From Eledone cirrhosa (lineage: Eukaryota): a DNA stretch of 64,000 bases. The position numbers and the translations under genes are program-made. This document shows positions 12,207 to 26,304 of this stretch, piece after piece (position 1 is the stretch's first letter; each line of letters starts with the position of its first letter). Location of the stretch: NCBI GenBank assembly GCA_964016885.1, contig OZ024743.1, positions 114,576,001 through 114,640,000 on the forward strand, read 5' to 3'. The notes under the pieces are model-generated. The model worked only from the letters and a program-made list of their open reading frames with translations, was not told the origin of the DNA and ran no database searches.

Positions 12207-14365
12207 CTAGCAGCCATACCCGGCGTTGCCCGGGTGTAAGACTACCATTAGTAAATAATTTTTTTAAAGAGAAAACAACGTAGCACGAAGCCCCAAAAAA
12301 CATTTATTTTTAACCATAAGAAGCATGTGTTGTTCGATGTAAAAACGGTAAGATGTTATGGCATATGAAAGGTGAATGAGTGTAAAAGTGTAACGTTGAC
12401 GCGGTGAAGCTCCAACCGCGAACTATGCCACAAGGAAGTCACCAGCCCAAAAGTGAGTCACATGGAATTTATGACAATAATGTGAGATGTTTGGCAATTC
12501 AGGGACTGAAGTCGTTGCGGGATGACGGAGATAATGTATGACGACTTTGAGTGAAAGGTACAAATGAGGGGGGTGCCATACGTTTGCTACAGTAGAAACA
12601 TGTACATTTTTCGTTATGCATTGCGAATATGTAGGCATTCTAATGATTTATGTAGTTTGAAATACTTACCATTCTGTATAGTTATGGCTGCCAATAGAAA
12701 CTGTGACGTTGCTTTCCTTAGACTGATTGCAGTGACATAGACCAAACATGAAGGACGCTCAAAATTCCTCAACACAAATTCTGCACCAACCTCGATTGCA
12801 AAAGTAACAGAATAACGAATAGCGATTATTACGCCAAAAGAAAAATGCTGAAGCAACTTCTATTGCATGAGATACAGAAAACGAAACACAAAGTTCGATG
12901 CGACAGCAAATAAATGCTGAGGCAACTGCTGCTGCTGAGATGCAGAAAACGATTCGTAACCCTCACTGCGACAGAAAGAAAATATTGAGGCAACATATAT
13001 TACAGGAGATGCAGAGAACGAACCACAGCGTTCATTACGGCGGCATAGAAATGCTGAGGCAACTTCCGCAGCTCGAGTTGCATCAACCGAAGCAAAGCGT
13101 CAACTGCGGCAGCAAAGAAATGGGAGTCAACATCCGCAGCTCAAGCTGCATCAACCGAAACACAGCGTCAACTGCGGCAGAAAAGAACTGTGAGTCAACG
13201 TCTGCTGTTTGAGTTGTATCAACTGAAACACGGCGTCAACTGCGGCAGCAAAGACATGTGAATCAACGTTTGTTGCACGCGCTGGCGAATCCATGGAAAA
13301 CTGGCTCAACCATCCGGAGGGGAATGTGCATTTCAATCCCGTGCAGCTCAAAGTGGTCACAACGTTTACAGTCGAAATGTATGGTGTTATGAATTTCAAA
13401 AAGGCAGTGTTTCTACAATTTAGTAATTATTGAAAGCAGCGAGGTATTTGATTGTTAGGAGACGGTTTGTGTCGTAGTGTTGATTACAGAACTTCTTGGT
13501 ACACAATGTTTGTGGTTTTACCGTTTGGAGCAAATGCATAAAGGTTTCTTTTGCTTCCCACTCTGGAACATCCAACGTATAGCTGACCGTGCGAAAAGCA
13601 TGGCTCTTCTAGGTTTATTCCCGCAACGGACAATGTTTGCCCCTGAGACTTATTTATCGTCATAGCGAAACTACAACGAACTGGAAACTGGAGTCTCCTA
13701 AATGAAAAGGGGATCTCTGATGTTGACGGACAAAGGGCAATCCTTGGGATACAAACATTTCCCTCTTTTCCACACCCCGAGAGAATCGTCGCCTCGATCA
13801 AGTTTTGCGTTAGTTTATTTACTGTAAGGCGGGTTTCGTTGCAGAGTTTTGGTGGGTGTAGATTCCTCAAAAGCATAATTGGGCATCCTTGCTTAAGTTC
13901 CAATCGATGAGATGGCAACCCGGAGGGGTTCAATGAGTTAAGAAACTCAATTGGATAGTTAATTGGGTCTGTGACTGTATCGATGGACTTGTATGTACAC
14001 GAAGTTGTAGGAAGAGACTTAAGCAGTTGTCCGTTGATTTTGTCGACGGTCTCATTTTTCTGAGCCAGTATTGCCCTTTCGCACAGCCACATACAAATGA
14101 GATTAATCACCTCATTTACACAGACGAGAAAACTATATATTCTAGACTGTTTTCAAGTCCAGCAGTCGCAAGCAGTGGGAAGGACCGTTATGAGGACGGC
14201 TAGTGAAGCTTGAAATGCATAGACGGTTGTCTCCTTGCTTCTGTTGGACACCACCAGAGGGCGTTAGCCCCGGTGTTTGCATAGCTACGGCTTCCTAAAA
14301 CCATGTTTCTTTAGAAATACGAAATTTCTATACATTCTTGTTTAAAGCTATGTTTGAAGTGAAAT

Positions 14366-14369
<4 letters not shown>
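12207..14369 (-). mobile_element. Internally deleted Helitron
   Basis: Minus-strand 3' end: hairpin acccgggcaacgccgggt then tatggctgCTAG|T. A Pif1 helicase fragment lies on the same strand. The 5' segment recurs at 15085-15170 (-) and 35908-36030 (+). Confidence 0.85.
13484..14110 (-). pseudogene. Helitron RepHel Pif1-family helicase C-terminal fragment
   Basis: RAILAQKN, YPIEFLNSLNPSGLPSHRLELK, IMLLRNL, RRLQFPVRCSFAMTINKSQGQTL, FSHGQLYVGCSRV. Confidence 0.95.
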
Positions 14370-14407
<38 letters not shown>

Positions 14408-15167
14408 CACAAATAAATCAATATCACGTTGTATATATATATATATATATATATATACAACGTGATATTGATTTATTTGTATTTTTTTATTATTTAAAAA
14501 TTATTTTAATATTGCTCTACGTTTACTTGTGTTGGTATATATTCACTATTTCCTTATTTGTGAACATAAAACTGTTTAGAACCAAAAAAGTTGTGACTTA
14601 AATGCTTGCGACTAGACTGCATTGCTCCTCTGTTTGTATGATTCACATTATATACCTAACCTTCTGGAACATATCCCTCCTCAATGTTATCAGGACGGAC
14701 TTAGGTAACCGTAAGAGCAAGAACCGCGATTTCACATGGCTGTTTCAGTGCCTCTCACTTGCCATACTCCAGGACAATGTCTTCATTCTGTCCGCTGGGA
14801 CAATGAGGCAGTCATACCCTTAAACAGCGAGATCTTAAACATGATTAAAGAAATATTCATGTCAGATATATAGTAATGTATATAATGGTTTTTGCTATTA
14901 TATTATCTTGTAATGTTATATATATTTAATTGTTGAGTGTTAGATTTTCCTGCCTCAATAGACGTCATAGATTTGTTTGTGACACGTATATTTTATCCAT
15001 CTTTACGTTAGCATTGTGTTGTTTCAATTTTAAATCTCTCTCTCTGTATATATATATATATATATATATACGGCGTTAGCACAGTGACGGCTTCCTAAAA
15101 CCGTGTTTCTTTAGAAATACGAAATTTCTATACATATTTGTATAAAGCTATGCTCGAAGCGAAATCT

Positions 15168-15312
<145 letters not shown>

Positions 15313-15319
15313 GAGAGAA

Positions 15320-16650
15320 AAGATAAAAATAAAATGAAAGTGCTTTTATAAAGGAATTTATTAGGTATTGACATATGTTTCTGTAATAGACGGAATACCT
15401 ATGTAGCGCTGCTTACGTAATCATATAATGTTAGCAAGTATTCGATAACAAATGTATAATCAGTTGTCACTTCTTCAGAGATATTGGATAAATTGGAAAA
15501 AATCAGAAAAATTGAAGTATTTATATTAGTTGTAAGAAAGGAAGAAGAGAGGGGATAGTATATGACAAATGGCAATTCAATTTACTGGTAAACAAGTATA
15601 TAGAAGGTTTTTAATGAGAATACAATGAGTATATGGCTTATTTTATCTAAATAAGAATTTTGGGGAATGCCTATTTTAATCTATATTTGACCAATTGAAC
15701 AATGGACAGGGCTGGTCGTTTGGTGTAGTAGTATTACAGATATAAAGTGTCAATTAAGGAAGAGGGAGATTTTCACTGCTACTGAATAACAACAATGCTG
15801 GGAGCCTGCTGGTATATGCATTAGGGAATTGAATTAAGAAATCTCATTTTATCCATAGCAGTTTATATTAAATTGTAAAGAATAGAAGAGTTTATAGAAT
15901 TAAGACTAATAGAGAATGTTAATATGTATTTTGACAATCAAACGGAGATGGAGACAGGCGTTCAATCCTGGTAGCGTTTGTAATATGAAAATGTAAATTT
16001 CAAGCGATGGTTACAGTATAACGATCGCTCTATTCTGTTATTTAATAAAATATTTTTGGATTTCATAATACAAAATAATTCCATATAACACAATTTACAA
16101 AATTCCTGTCCTTGGTGATATGCAGGTGCATCGTATTATATCCCATTTTAGGTTAAATTGTTGGTAATTTTCGCGCAGCTGCCAAGCCTTGTCTGCAAGT
16201 GTTGTTACATAACGCTGGTTTTCATGTTTTATCGAGTAACGATGTCTATAAAGGCGAGATTTGAAGGAGGTAGATGTAGACCCCACATAGTACCACTTCT
16301 GGCTACCCGATTCAATAGTACATTTGTATATGATGTTGCGTTCAAGACACTGATTGTTCAACGGTCACATTCCTGGTTGGACACAGTTACAGTTATAATT
16401 TTGCATTGTTGTATTAGCATGGATGGGTTGATGAGGTTGCTTAGGCAGGACGGGGTGTTGTTTGTTGTTTTGTGATGTTATAGCCGATGTTTTACGCGTA
16501 TTGTTATGTGTTGGAAGGCGTTTATACAACCGTTTTGCGTTAACCTTTTTTATATGTTGTTCAATATTAGGGGCGGTTGAATATGAAAGTCGAATAGTGT
16601 TAGGGTTTAAGATTTTATTATATTTATGTGATGTTGGAAAGTGTTTTTTA
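15320..16650 (-). mobile_element. Degraded 5'-truncated PLE (linker, GIY-YIG, 3' UTR)
   Basis: KHFPTSHKYNKILNPNTIRLSYSTAPN and CLERNIIYKC...YYVGSTSTSFKSRLYRH. Decayed HHR core (CTGAAGA...GAAAcatatgTC) near 15370-15480. Confidence 0.85.
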
Positions 16651-16700
16651 ATATATATATATATATATATAGTTGACGAGGGGAAACTTTTCTTCTATAT

Positions 16701-17131
16701 ATAATATATAAGAACAAAAGATGGTTAAAAGAGTTCCATGTATTTTATTATGCACATTTCAAAAACAAATATCATCATGCAATAATATTTGTGTTTTCAT
16801 CGGATAAAACAGGAAGACATGATATGAAGGTTAAAAAACACTTGTGGATAGTGCAGTTTTAAATCAACATATGATATGTTGATTTAAAACTGCACTATCC
16901 ACAAGTGTTTTTTAACCTTCATATCATGTCTTCCTGTTTTATCTGATGAAAACACAAATATTATTGCATGATGATATTTGTTTTTGAAATGCGCATAATA
17001 AAATACATGGAACTCTTTTAACCGTCTTTTGTTCTTATATATTATGTATACTCCAGTTCTACAAACTGTAGAGGGCTTCTTATCCGATATCTACATTGCT
17101 TTATTGTACTACAATAAAACTCACCTCCTAC
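16701..17131. mobile_element. Palindromic mini-element with hammerhead, in (TA)n
   Basis: ~170 bp arms centred ~16871 with an ~88 nt tail. HHR 16937-17003 (+): TTTTAT CTGATGA aaacacaaatat...atatttgttttt GAAA tgcgca TA ATAAAA. Confidence 0.9.
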
Positions 17132-17253
<122 letters not shown>

Positions 17254-17268
17254 ATATTTATACATATT

Positions 17269-17305
<37 letters not shown>

Positions 17306-17329
17306 TTATACATATATATATATATATTT

Positions 17330-17366
<37 letters not shown>

Positions 17367-17400
17367 CATATATATATTTATACATATATATATATATATA

Positions 17401-17518
17401 AGTTGAAAAAAAAATGAAAACGAAATTTCATTTCTCACTCTTAGTATGGCACTTACTTAAATGTAAGTATGTATGTATACGTACATACATATATGTATAC
17501 AGACGTACAGTAGCATGC

Positions 17519-17589
<71 letters not shown>

Positions 17590-18130
17590 TATACATACAG
17601 GTACACATACATATATGCACGCATCAGTTTAGCGGACGCTTATTATAACGCCGCTTTGTTCGTTTGTAAACAAACTGAACAGCCTGAATTTATGCCATAC
17701 GGTGTTAAGGCAACCACGTCACCTTTTTGTTCAACACTGACACAGGAACGATGTACTAGTTTCAAGCTTGTTAGCTATCATCAGCACTGTATACCCATCT
17801 GCCAGATAGTTGAACGTTCGAAAGTATATACTTTCCTTATGAAAATTAACGGCTGAGCAGCCTAATTTGCATATTGAGTGAGTTAAATCGGTCAGGCATA
17901 CCGAAAACGATAAGTTGAAAAAAAAAATGAAAATGAAATTTCATTTCTCACTCTTAGTATGGCACTTACTTAAATGTAAGTATGTATGTATACGTACATA
18001 CATATATGTATACAGACGTACAGTAGCATGCATATACATATATATATATAAATATACATATATATACATACAGGTACACATACATATATGCACGCATCAG
18101 TTTAGCGGACGCTTATTATAACGCCGCTTT
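17401..18130 (-). mobile_element. Partial tandem pLTR-like element with HHR-like motif
   Basis: 17401-17657 is repeated at 17913-18130. Minus-strand gtg CTGATGA tagc taacaa gctt GAAA ctag TA cat at 17751-17787. Related to 23725-24396. Confidence 0.7.
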
Positions 18131-18408
18131 TACTATGATACCGTTAGTATATTCATTAAATATACTCTAGCCTTCACAAGTCTATACCACACAAATGTCT
18201 GTAAGTACCTCATCAACCCACAAACTTATTCCTTCTCAGCTGCTGCCATCATTTGATCCTAAATCCTAGTTTTTCTCATATCACTACTACAATGTAACTT
18301 TACTTTCCTTTTGCGATAATTACAATTCGCACGCTTATCTCTTTGCATGTATATATATTTTTGTACGAGTGTATATTGATGTGTATATATGTGTCTATGT
18401 ACACATGC

Positions 18409-18480
<72 letters not shown>

Positions 18481-18654
18481 TTATACATATATATATTTAT
18501 ATATATATTTATATATATATTTATACATATATGTATATATATATTTATATACATATTTATACATATATATATATATTTATATATATATTTATACATATAT
18601 ATATATTTATGTATATATATTTATACATATATATATATATTTATATATATATTT

Positions 18655-18737
<83 letters not shown>

Positions 18738-18769
18738 CATATATATATATATATATACATATATATACA

Positions 18770-18825
<56 letters not shown>

Positions 18826-18939
18826 TATACAAATATATATATATATATTTATACATATATATATAGATATATTAATATATATATATATATATATATGTAT
18901 AAATATATATATATATATGTATAAATATATATATATATA

Positions 18940-19508
18940 CAAGGACAAATGAAAACACACACACACATAGAACAAACAACTTACAATTGAAAACACACAC
19001 AAAATGAAAACACACACAAGACAAAATGAAAACACACACACACATAGAACAAACAACCAACCAACAATAAATAAATAAATAAACAAACAAATAGAAAAAT
19101 ATAAATAAAAAAATAGAAAAATGAACACAAACACACACAGACACCCGGATGTGGCGCATGCGCAAACTGAGCACGCAGCCCACACACAAACAAAATGGCG
19201 TAGGATAGAAGAAAGGAAAGGCACAGAAACGAAGAAAGAAATCCCCAGTCACTGAAGAGGTCACAGAGTGTGTGACGAAAGAACTATGACTATATATATA
19301 TAAACAACTATCTGGTTGTGGAAACAACCAACCAACCAGAAATTTATAAATTTGTAAATTTATAAATATATAATAAATTAAATTGAAGTGAAAGCAACTG
19401 GTGCGTGTGTTTCTTATTGGCAACATGACCCTCCCAAAGTATAACAATATCGGTTTCAACACACGGTTTCAGATAAAGAATCTTGCTAAACAAATTCAGA
19501 AACGAAAT
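18940..19508 (+). mobile_element. Solo PLE pLTR with hammerhead (family of 49095 and 62418)
   Basis: HHR 19247-19291: AGTCA CTGAAGA g gtcac..gtgac GAAA gaac TA TGACT. Same 3' terminus cagaaacgaaat|(TA)n as at 50021 and 63103. Confidence 0.9.
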
Positions 19509-19898
19509 ATATATATATATTTATACATATATATATATATATATTTATACATATATATATATATATTTATACATATAAATATATATATTTATACATATAT
19601 ATATATATATATTTATACATATATATATATATATTTATACATATATATATATGTATATATATATTTATACATATATATATATATATATATTTATACATAT
19701 ATATATGTATATATATATTTATACATATATATATATATATATTTATACATATATATATATATATATTTATACATATATATATATATATATTTATACATAT
19801 ATATATATATATTTATACATATATATATATGTATATATATATTTATACATATATATATATATATATATTTATACATATATATATGTATATATATATTT

Positions 19899-19972
<74 letters not shown>

Positions 19973-19981
<9 letters not shown>

Positions 19982-20534
19982 TAAAAAAATAATGAATAAA
20001 ACAATGAAACAGTTCCTTATATTAAACAAAAAAAATTCATTATTTAACGATCGTTTCTAGGATATATATGTGTTAGAATTGGCATGCATATTCAACAGAT
20101 CTATGTACAAAATTATACAAAATTATACAAACTATCAAAATTAAATATACATACCAAACACATATATATGCCGTCTTCAGAAATAATTATTTCTGAAGAC
20201 GGCATATATATGTGTTTGGTATGTATATTTAATTTTGATAGTTTGTATAATTTTGTATAATTTTGTACATAGATCTGTTGAATATGCATGCCAATTCTAA
20301 CACATATATATCCTAGAAACGATCGTTAAATAATGAACTTTTTTTGTTTAATATAAGGAACTGTTTCATTGTTTTATTCATTATTTTTTTAATATTTTAT
20401 CTTGACTCTGTATTCCGTTTATCTTTCACCGAAAGTGATTTTTCATTGCATCTCTTCTTTCCATGATATCCGGATTACATTGAGTTCTTCATACGGATTG
20501 GACACTACCGTAAACTCTTGGTAGATTTATCTAC
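19973..20534. mobile_element. Palindromic mini-element with large-stem-II hammerhead
   Basis: ~214 bp arms centred at 20186/20187 with a 134 nt tail. TTATTT CTGAAGA [116 nt] GAAA cgatcg TT AAATAA at 20187-20333. Confidence 0.9.
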
Positions 20535-20783
20535 ATATATATATATATATATATATTTATACATATATATATATATATATATTTATACATATATATATAT
20601 ATATATATATATTTATACATATATATATATATATATATATTTATACATATATATATATATATATATATTTATACATATATATATATATATATTTATACAT
20701 ATATAAATATATATATATATTTATACATATATATATATATTTAAATATTTATACATATATATATATATATATATATTTATACT

Positions 20784-20816
<33 letters not shown>

Positions 20817-20868
20817 TTATACATATATATATATATATATATTTATACATATATATATATATATATTT

Positions 20869-21009
<141 letters not shown>

Positions 21010-21029
21010 CATATATATATATATATTTA

Positions 21030-21063
<34 letters not shown>

Positions 21064-21132
21064 CATATATATATATATATTTATACATATATATATATAT
21101 ATATTTATACATATGTATATATATATTTATAC

Positions 21133-21168
<36 letters not shown>

Positions 21169-21260
21169 TTATACATATATATATATATATATTTATACAT
21201 ATATATATATGTATATATATATTTATACATATATATATATATATTTATATATATATATAT

Positions 21261-21691
21261 GGAAAGTTATATTTAAAATTGTTGGGTTACAACTAGTAAA
21301 TATTTATAAATGATATAAAAGCACTCGACAAATATTTGGAGTATATTTACAACATTAAATAAATGGAAACTATATTTATAAAACCATATTTATTTCATTA
21401 TATATATTTCGGGGATATCATATTAACAATATGCTATGCCTTCCTCAGACAAAATACAATATAAACAGTTTTAACCTCTCCAAATGCTGCCTGTTTTAAC
21501 CTGCCTGTTTTAACCTCTCCAAATGCAAGTCGGTGTTATTACGGTATGTCGAATCTATTTATCTATAAAACTGTTTATATTGTATTTTATTTGAGGAAGG
21601 CATAGCATATTGTTAATATGATATCCCCGAAATATATATAATGAAATAAATATGGTTTTATAAATATAGTTTCCATTTATTTAATATTGTA
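21261..21691. mobile_element. Fold-back mini-copy of the 52231-57364 PLE
   Basis: Same two termini as the full element (aaagttata... and ...aatattgta). HHR-like motif in both arms. The junction filler is built from repeated aacctctccaaatg and ctgttttaac. Confidence 0.9.
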
Positions 21692-21852
21692 TATATATAT
21701 ATATTTATACATATATATATATATATTTATACATATATATATACATATATATATATATTTATACATATATATATATATATTTATACATATATATATATAT
21801 ATTTATACATATATATATATATATATTTATACATATATATATATATATATTT

Positions 21853-21922
<70 letters not shown>

Positions 21923-21924
21923 TT

Positions 21925-21976
<52 letters not shown>

Positions 21977-22043
21977 ATATATATTTATATATTTATACAT
22001 ATATTTATATATATATTTATACATATATATATATATATATTTA

Positions 22044-22077
<34 letters not shown>

Positions 22078-22175
22078 CATATATATATATATATATTTAT
22101 ACATATATATATATATATATATATTTATACATATATAAATATATATATATATTTATACATATATATATATATTTA

Positions 22176-22209
<34 letters not shown>

Positions 22210-22234
22210 CATATATATATATATATATATATTT

Positions 22235-22301
<67 letters not shown>

Positions 22302-22378
22302 CATATATATTTATACATATATATATATATATATACATATATATTTATACATATATATATACATATATATATTTATAC

Positions 22379-22437
<59 letters not shown>

Positions 22438-22480
22438 CATATATATTTATACATATATATATACATATATATATTTATAC

Positions 22481-22550
<70 letters not shown>

Positions 22551-22745
22551 GTATATATATATGTATAAATATATATATATATGTATATATATATGTATAA
22601 ATATATATATACATATATATATATGTATAAATATATATATACATATATATATATATGTATATATATATATATGTATATATATATTTATACATATATATAT
22701 ATATATATTTATACATATATATATATATATATATATATTTATACA

Positions 22746-22781
<36 letters not shown>

Positions 22782-22866
22782 CATATATATTTATACATAT
22801 ATATATACATATATACATATATATTTATACATATATATATACATATATATATTTATACATATATAT

Positions 22867-22917
<51 letters not shown>

Positions 22918-22960
22918 CATATATATTTATACATATATATATACATATATATATTTATAC

Positions 22961-22991
<31 letters not shown>

Positions 22992-23211
22992 CGTATATAC
23001 ATATATATATATATCTGTATATATATATGTATAAATATATATATATATGTATATATATATGTATAAATATATATATACATATATATATATGTATAAATAT
23101 ATATATACATATATATATATATGTATATATATATATATGTATATATATATTTATACATATATATATATATATATTTATACATATATATATATATATATAT
23201 ATATTTATACA

Positions 23212-23247
<36 letters not shown>

Positions 23248-23426
23248 CATATATATTTATACATATATATATACATATATACATATATATTTATACATAT
23301 ATATATACATATATATATTTATACATATATATATACATACATATATATATATATATGTATATATATATACATATATATATATACATATATATTTATACAT
23401 ATATATATACATATATATATTTATAC

Positions 23427-23457
<31 letters not shown>

Positions 23458-23724
23458 CGTATATACATATATAAATATATCTGTATATATATATGTATAA
23501 ATATATATATATATGTATATATATATGTATAAATATATATATACATATATATATATATGTATAAATATATATATACATATATATATATATACATATATAT
23601 ATATTTATACATATATATATATATGTATATATATATGTATAAATATATATATACATATATATATATATGTATAAATATATATATACATATATATATATAC
23701 ATATATATATATTTATACATATAT

Positions 23725-24396
23725 AAAAACAAATAACGAAACGAAATTAAATTTCGTTTCGTTTGTAACTCACTTTTGTATGACTGACGCTTAAACAATT
23801 AAGTTAAAGATGTACATCCATATATGTATACTGAAATACTAGTATGTATATGAATACACACACGTATACATATGTAGGTGTACCAAGTTTTTTCACTGGT
23901 CACTTTACTGTGAGTGGCCAGCTATTCTTTATGTAAACACACAGACAAACCGGTTTTTAGAGTCATACTGGTTTTTGAGGAAACACCTCTCCTTGTTTGT
24001 TTTTATCGTCTCCGTTGAACCGGTACTTACTCACACTCTATGCAAATTAGTCTGCCCACTACTAATTTTCATAGAAAAAGCATATAACGATATGTGCTTT
24101 TACGATTCTCTAGAGAGGCCGGAAGATAGGTAAATATTGCTGATGAGTTGTAACAACAACGAAACTAGTTCAATATTCCTTGTCTGGCTTTCTGGAGAAT
24201 AGAGGAGAGGTGTTTCCTCAAAAACCAGTATGACTCTAAAAACCGGTTTGTCTGTGTGTTTACATACAGAATAGCTGGCCACTCACAGTAAAGTGACCAG
24301 TGAAAAAACTTGGTACACCTACATATGTATACGTGTGTGTATTCATATACATACTAGTATTTCAGTATACATATATGGATGTACATCTTTAACTTA
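23725..24396. mobile_element. Asymmetric fold-back element with hammerhead in the spacer
   Basis: Arms 23800-23993 and 24203-24396, tail 23725-23799. HHR 24133-24177 (+): AATATTG CTGATGA gttg taacaa caac GAAA ctag TT CAATATT. Confidence 0.9.
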
Positions 24397-24403
24397 TATA
24401 TAC

Positions 24404-24510
<107 letters not shown>

Positions 24511-24687
24511 CATATATATACATATACATATATATATAATAAAAACAATCATTACCATAACAGAAGTCCAACGATCATTTGATTCCAGAGTCAGACCACA
24601 TCGATACAGATCGAGCCTTCAGCTGATCAATCGTGAAACGCGCATCACACTTCAATAAATGTTTATTAACCATTATTATTATCATTA

Positions 24688-25098
24688 GGGTAGCGGATTG
24701 GCAGTATCGGTAGGGCATCGGACAACATGATTTGTATCATAGAGTTACGGCCCTTTATGATCTGAATTCAAATCCCGCCGAGGTTAACTATGCCTTTCAT
24801 CCTTACGAGATCGATAATGTAAAGTACCAGTCATGCATTGCGGTCTATTTAATCGACTTCCCCTTCCACTCAATTTTTTGGCCATGTGCCTATATGAGAA
24901 ACCATTATTGTGGATTGGCAGTATTAGTAGAGGGTCGGACGCTATGTGTTCCAGCATAGTTAGGTCCCTTTACGATCTGAGTTCAAATCCCGCCGAGGTT
25001 GACTTTGCCTTTCATCCTTACGGGGTCGATAAATTAAAGTACCAGTAAATAAAGTACTGGGTAATTGCTGTCTTGTGCCTAAAGTAGAAACAATTATA
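24688..25098 (+). mobile_element. Two tandem tRNA-derived SINEs
   Basis: ggattggcagtat...ttcaaatcccgccgagg...gcctttcatccttac...gataa occurs twice. Confidence 0.85.
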
Positions 25099-25116
25099 TT
25101 ATCATAGATAAAGAAA

Positions 25117-26076
25117 AATCGAAGTCAGCATATGTACAAATTTTATTGGCATATTACAATTGTTTCCATATCGATCAGCTTAGGACACAATCAAAATGAC
25201 TGGACCCGACTCTTTTTTGACATCTCGAGTTTAAATGTGCAAAGCTGTGTGTGTGTGTGTGTGCGTGCGTGTGCGTGTGCGTGTGTGTGTATGTATGTAT
25301 GCATGTATGTACGTGTGTGTGTATGTATGTGTATGTATATATAGTGATTGTAAAGTCCAGTTACGATAGGTTCACCAAAGTGAGCACTCAATGAATAGTT
25401 TCCAGTAGGTATAATATAATTGTTTATACTTTTGGCACAAGGCCAGAAAATAACCCAGTGTATTACTGGTACTTTACTTTAGTAACACACTGGGATAATT
25501 GCTGGCCTTGTGCCAAAAGTATAAACAATTATATTATTACACTACTTAGTACATCACCAATATACCTACTGGAAACTACTCATTGAGTGCTCACTTTGGT
25601 GAACCTATCGTAACTGGTCTTTACAATCACTTTATATACATACACACACATACATACATACATACATACATACATACATACATACATACATACATACACA
25701 CATACATACATACATACATACATACATACATACATACATACATACATACATACATACATACATACTGTGTGTGTATGTGTGTGTACCAGTCACACACACA
25801 CATACACACACAGCTTTTTACATATAAACCCGAGATGTCAAAAAAGTGTCAGGTCCAGTCATTTTAATTGTGTCCTAAGCTGATCGATATCGAAACAATT
25901 GTAATATGCCAATAAAATTTGTACATATGCTGACTTCGATTTCTATTAATTTATTTACACTCTGCGCACTACAGTGGCCTGAACTCTGGAATACAACCCA
26001 CACGAGATGGCCTCGTAACAACATTGAGTGCTTCGAACGGAGCGCCGCCTATAACTGTAGTTACTCACCTAACTAA
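25117..26076. mobile_element. Composite fold-back: ~300-380 bp arms enclosing a SINE-tail hairpin, plus tail
   Basis: 25117-25413 is inverted at 25561-25942. SINE-end palindrome at 25414-25536. GAAAcaattgTA and AATAAA near 25892-25916. Confidence 0.8.
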
Positions 26077-26095
26077 CACACACATTCATACACAC

Positions 26096-26173
<78 letters not shown>

Positions 26174-26177
26174 GCAC

Positions 26178-26214
<37 letters not shown>

Positions 26215-26218
26215 GCAC

Positions 26219-26259
<41 letters not shown>

Positions 26260-26263
26260 GCAC

Positions 26264-26304
<41 letters not shown>

